From assembly GCF_006345805.1 (NCBI RefSeq), contig NW_021826669.1:1-12200 (forward strand): a stretch of 12,200 bases of DNA, given 5' to 3'. The stretch's first letter is position 1. Each line of letters starts with the position of its first letter. The stretch comes from Octopus sinensis (taxonomy: Eukaryota). Position numbers and translations under genes: made by a program. Of this stretch, positions 7,823 through 12,200 are shown piece after piece. Under the pieces are notes generated by a model. The model saw only the letters and a program-made list of their open reading frames with translations. It made no database searches and had not been told where the DNA came from.

Positions 7823-8496
7823 GGCCATCTTTACATAAACACATGAAATATTGTATTTATGTACTGTGATCGCAAATTATAGATACAAAGATGGGGCAGT
7901 TTTCGTACTCCAACAGAATGTTGTTCGCTTGTGTCCGCAGATATACAGAACTAGGGTAAGCAATAACAGAAAATACAGGCTACTCAGATTGTACCTCATA
8001 CAATAAACTACTCTGTGACGGATCTAACGAAGAAGTAACTGCGTCAGGGGAACGCATCTTCCACAATCAAATTTGAAACCATTTCCTCGTGAAGTACTTT
8101 TAAAGCCTGGAGTCCAAACTTTTGATACATATTTAATATAAGTTATAAATCTATGAATTTGTAAAATTGAATATTCTTTTTTTTTTACTTATAAACTGCA
8201 GGTTCTTATAAAATTGCAATTGGCCTCTGGTGCTAAATAAATTACTGAAGCCTTCGAGTAAAGCAGTAATTTAATAAAACCGACTTACCTATAACGAAAT
8301 TGCTAAATTAAAGATTCGATATTTCCTCTCGGCACCTATTCCTCTACTCGCCGTCCATGTTCTTGCAATTAGCCCCTGGTTCTAAAAGAGTTTTACCATT
8401 CCTGTCAGCACAATTGCTTGGTGTGCTCTCAATAACAGCTAAGTCTCTTGCTCTAACACTCAAAAGAGTACACTGGATTACTCTCTCTCTTTTTTT

Positions 8497-8888
8497 CTCT
8501 TTTACTTGTTTCAGTCATTTGACTGCGGCCATGCTGGAGCACCGCCTTTAGTCGAGCAAATCGACCCCGGGACTTATTCTTTGTAAGCCCAGTACTTATT
8601 CTATCGGTCTCTTTTGCCGAACCGCTAAGTTACGGGGACGTAAACACACCAGCATCGGTTGTCAAGCAATGCTAGGGGGACAAACACAGACACAACACAC
8701 CCCACACACATATATATATATACATACATATATACGACAGGCTTCTTTCAGTTTCCGTCTTCCAAATCCACTCACAAGGCATTGTCGGCCCGGGCTATAG
8801 CAGAAGACACTTGCCCAAGATGCCACGCAGTGGGACTGAACCCAGAATCATGTGGTTGGTTAGCAAGCTACTTACCACACAGCCACTC
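8497..8888 (-). mobile_element. SINE family B, near full length
   Basis: Reverse complement of the 2661-3072 copy along its whole length (head gagtggctgtgtggtaag, tail gactgaaacaagtaaaagag). Confidence 0.94.
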
Positions 8889-8904
8889 ACAAAATGTCTG
8901 AAAT

Positions 8905-9011
8905 ATGTGTGCCCGAATGTGTGTGCGCATGCGTATGTGTGCATAAATATATATATGATTTTGTGTGTGTGTGTGCGTGTGTGTATTCGTATATACATAT
9001 AATATATATGC

Positions 9012-9045
<34 letters not shown>

Positions 9046-9175
9046 ATGTATATATGAATGTATGCATATAAATGTTTATACATTTATATACATATATGAC
9101 TATATGTGCGTGTGCGAGTGTGTGTGTGTATGCGTGTGTGTATCTGTGTGTGTGTTTGTGTGTGTGAATGTATGC
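8905..9175. repeat. Mixed (TG)n/(TA)n microsatellite
   Basis: Seen directly. Confidence 0.9.
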
Positions 9176-9184
9176 GCGGATGCA

Positions 9185-9352
9185 GCAAAGAGAATGTTTA
9201 AGAAATTCACTTCCTAATCACGAAATATCAATGTGAGATCGAGTTCGATCTCACATCGCGGCGTCTCAGTCACGTGTCATTTACCATAGTTTCATGCCGA
9301 TCCAAAATTTTATCAGCGAAAATAGAGAATCGGAAACCGTGTGGAAGCCTGC
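9185..9352 (+). mobile_element. Degraded SINE family B-related head
   Basis: ttaagaaattcacttcc, B box gagttcgatctc, gtgtcatttaccatag and cggaaaccgtgtggaagcc follow the order of the family B head; (TG)n follows. Confidence 0.55.
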
Positions 9353-9404
9353 TGGATGGATTATACCCGATTCTACCTGATTCTGTAAATGAGGTGGGTG
9401 TTTT

Positions 9405-9436
<32 letters not shown>

Positions 9437-9563
9437 GCGTGCGTTAGCGCGCACCTTTACGTGTGTCAAGAAGTTTTTAGCACATTCTTTCTTTTAAGAG
9501 TAGCAGTTATAACTGTTCTAGATTATTGTGATTTTAGCATATCATTATTAGACATCTAATAAA

Positions 9564-9985
9564 GCGGCGAGCTGACAGAATCGTTAGCACGTTAGACGAA
9601 ATACTGAGAGGTATTCCGTCAGCCGTTACGTTCTGAGTTCAAATTCCGCCGAGGTCGACTTTGCCTTTCATCCTTTCAGGGTCGATAAATTAAGTACCAG
9701 TTTCGCACTGAGGTCGATGTAATCGACTTAATCCCTTTGTCTGTCCTTGTTTGTCCCCTCTATGTTTAGCTCCTTGTGGGCAATAAAGAAATAAAAAACG
9801 TTAGCACGTTAGACGAAATGCTTAACAGTATTTCGCCCGCTGCTACGTTCTGAGTTCGAATTCCGTCGAGGTCGACTTTGCCTTTCATCCTTTCGGTGTC
9901 CATAAAGTACCAGTGAAAGACTGGGGCCGATCTAATCGACTATTCCCCACTCCCAAATTTCAGGCTCTATGCCTATAATAGAAAG
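9564..9985 (+). mobile_element. Head-to-tail dimer of SINE family A (9564-9793 plus 9794-9985) flanked by a long TSD
   Basis: Two B boxes and two gcctttcatccttt cores; cattattagacatctaataaagc (9543-9565) vs cattattatacatctaaaaagc (9986-10007). Confidence 0.9.
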
Positions 9986-10105
9986 CATTATTATACATCT
10001 AAAAAGCTGACCTACCGACGTTTGTTATTCCAGATTGAAGGAGACAGCTGTAACAGGACCTCAAATACACCCTACTAAACACTACACAGCTGACGAGTTT
10101 GCAGA

Positions 10106-10555
10106 ATGCAGTCGGGACGTGAAGAAGACTAGGAAGCCCGCTCTATAATAAAAGTTTGTGTTAAACTAGTCAAAAACGCCACAAAAACATATAAAATGAT
10201 CAAAGTGGTTTGTGGATTGTGTGAGCCAAGTCTCTGTTTTTCACTGGCACTAGAACGCAGGCATAGCAAATTTATCAGGAAGCTAATGGTGATCCCCTAT
10301 TTTCTACAGCAAGTGCATCATCTAAATCTACTGGGTTCCCTTTGGTCAGACAATAAACAAAGAGTGCTTTATGGAGGTTTTGACGGAATCCGAAAGAGAT
10401 TTGGTCCGAACAGCGCAGAGCACCTGCAACAGGAAAATGCACCAAGCCCGCAATTCTATCCTGTACACGAAGATAAGCATCGAATCACCCTCCCCACATT
10501 CCAAACCTTGCTGTCTTGGCTTTTGTTTGCTTCCCAGGCTCAGTTTGAGAATCCT
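10106..10555 (+). pseudogene. Mariner transposase pseudogene (HTH plus part of the catalytic domain, central deletion)
   Basis: MQSGREED*EARSIIKVCVKLVKNATKTYKMIK / SVFHWH / [deletion] RKLMVIP / FYSKCII*IYWVPFGQTINKECFMEVL / RKRF..HLQQENAP / NSILY..SPSPHS..GFCLLPRL. These correspond to mariner IKFC.KLGK.ATETY, GQTVN..YY.EVL, HQDNAP and PPYSPDLAP.DF.LFP.L. Confidence 0.88.
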
Positions 10556-10706
10556 GCTTAAAGAAGATGAGAGTTTTGTACTTTCTCTTTTTACAAATAA
10601 TAAATGTCTTCCGAAAACGTCTCGAAACTTCTTGAATGCACCAATATATGTGTGTGTTTGTGTGTGTATTTATATATATATATATATATATAATATATAT
10701 ATAATA

Positions 10707-10937
10707 TATTTCTTTACTACCCACAAGGGCTAAACAAAGAGAGGACAAACAAGGACAGACAAAGCGATTAAGTCGATTACATCGACCCCAGTGCGCAACT
10801 GGTACTTAATTTATCGACCCCGAAAGGAGTGAAAGGCAAAGTCGACCTCGGCGGAATTTGAACTCAGAACGTAACGGCAGACGAATACGGCCACGCATTT
10901 CGCCCGGCGTGCTAACGTTTCTGCCAGCTCGCCGCCT
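10707..10937 (-). mobile_element. SINE family A, full-length young copy inserted in (TA)n
   Basis: Head aggcggcgagctggcagaaacgttagcacgccgggcg to tail taaagaaata; (TA)n on both sides. Confidence 0.95.
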
Positions 10938-11686
10938 TATATATATATATATATACAAGGTCGTGAACAGTCCGTGGAGGGCTATAACGTAATATGAAGA
11001 CCACATCAATAATGAGAGAAAAGAACTTGATACTCCTTTATTTCATCTGTTGCATATGCACGATAATTAAATGATGTCATACTATAAATGCATTTCTCGT
11101 CTGTTTGAGAAAGTGCTTAGTCTCGATTATTTGTCCAGGAATCGCCCAGTCTCAAAAGGTCATGTTTCCCTTTTGGGTTTGCATCTAAGGATTGCTTCTA
11201 TAGTGTGACTACATGCATTAACGAAAGCATGTCTAATTGATGAAAGAAGGGAATATAAAGTTCAACCCCCCCACGTTTTCTCTCTCATCATGTGTATATA
11301 TGTGAGCTTGTGCATATACGTGCATGCGCTGCGCGTGTTCGTGGGATTTCTCGAGACTAGTCCAATGACCCATTAATTTGGAAATCTGAAATTCCCCTAA
11401 CATGCATTCGTTCGCAGAGACCTGAATTAACTGAATGGGAGACAGAAAGAAAAAGCACACACACACACACCATCGGGAATAGACTGGATACACGATTAGC
11501 CGAATCCACTCACAGGCTTTGAGCCCAGGTCACCAGAAAAAACTGCACGTTCATACCTTCTCTATCATTAAGTTGAATCACAGACCATCCACAAGCCTCC
11601 ATTACAGAGGATACCAAAGAAGAGATTCAAGGACATCGTGAAAAAATTTCCGTGACTGTCACATGGCCCCGTTGCCGGTGACTTAC

Positions 11687-11699
11687 ACTGGTTTCCCAT
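11687..11699 (-). CDS. Candidate first coding segment M-G-N-Q plus phase-1 intron (N-myristoylation-type start)
   Basis: tttgcaATGGGAAACCAGT|gtaagt: G at -3 and G at +4, with an in-frame upstream TGA at 11720-11718. Confidence 0.4.
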
Positions 11700-11808
11700 T
11701 GCAAAGCCTAGCGACACTCAGTCGTCGATAAAACACAGAGAAGGGCGGTCAGAGGTCCCAGAATAGAATTCTCTTTGCAGAAAGTTTTTTTTTTTGTCAT
11801 CAGCGAGC
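11687..11808 (-). other. Candidate 122-nt exon (5' UTR plus start codon) of a minus-strand host gene
   Basis: Acceptor gtttcacctctactgcag| (AG at 11810-11809) and donor cagt|gtaagt (GT at 11686-11685) bound unique sequence. Confidence 0.45.
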
Positions 11809-11875
11809 CTGCAGTAGAGGTGAAACGCTATATTCCAGAATCTTCGTTGTTTTGCGAAACCGAGCCATGATAGAT

Positions 11876-12200
<325 letters not shown>

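Larger units (their letters stand above)
9458..10646 (+). mobile_element. Internally deleted mariner element with both TIR remnants, interrupted by a SINE dimer
   Basis: Inverted match tcaagaagttt (9466-9476) / aaacttcttga (10625-10635) near TA dinucleotides at both ends, with a transposase relic inside. Confidence 0.75.

Noticed and set aside
8238-8273. 10-bp AT-rich hairpin taaattactg/cagtaattta, and an imperfect hairpin near 7655-7709
   Set aside because: Too short or imperfect for a pre-miRNA; no SECIS or ribozyme core.
10196-10733. 121-aa and 120-aa ORFs as host genes
   Set aside because: They are alternating frames of the frameshifted mariner transposase relic.
11356-11456. Strong minus-strand acceptor(s) at 11432/11431 and 9 nt downstream, giving MGNQF.. 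or MGNQCLC..
   Set aside because: No convincing donor before the in-frame TAG, and the pyrimidine tract abuts a microsatellite.
6395-11803. Other CTGANGA words (6395, 10090, and minus-strand hits near 700, 2142, 6487 and 11797) as intact hammerheads
   Set aside because: None has a correctly spaced stem II, GAAA and closing stem I.

Overview
AT-rich, microsatellite-dense eukaryotic non-coding DNA. The SINE families resemble those described in octopus, so a cephalopod origin is inferred but not verified. None of the supplied ORFs is an intact gene; most come from simple repeats or SINEs. The window holds many copies of two tRNA-derived SINE families (one SINE-in-SINE nest with a TSD and one dimer with a TSD) plus a third dispersed repeat. 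It also holds a Tc1 remnant with an internally inverted transposase, an internally deleted mariner with both TIR remnants, an RTE-LINE 3' fossil and a possible SGNH-esterase (LINE ORF1) fossil. The most interesting signals are (i) two decayed Penelope-type minimal hammerhead-ribozyme motifs next to (TA)n, one with a compensatory G3:C8 core swap, and (ii) a candidate minus-strand start-codon exon (MGNQ|GTAAGT, with a uORF) at 11687-11808. That exon would make the rest of the window one long intron containing a possible recursive splice site at 8289/8288.
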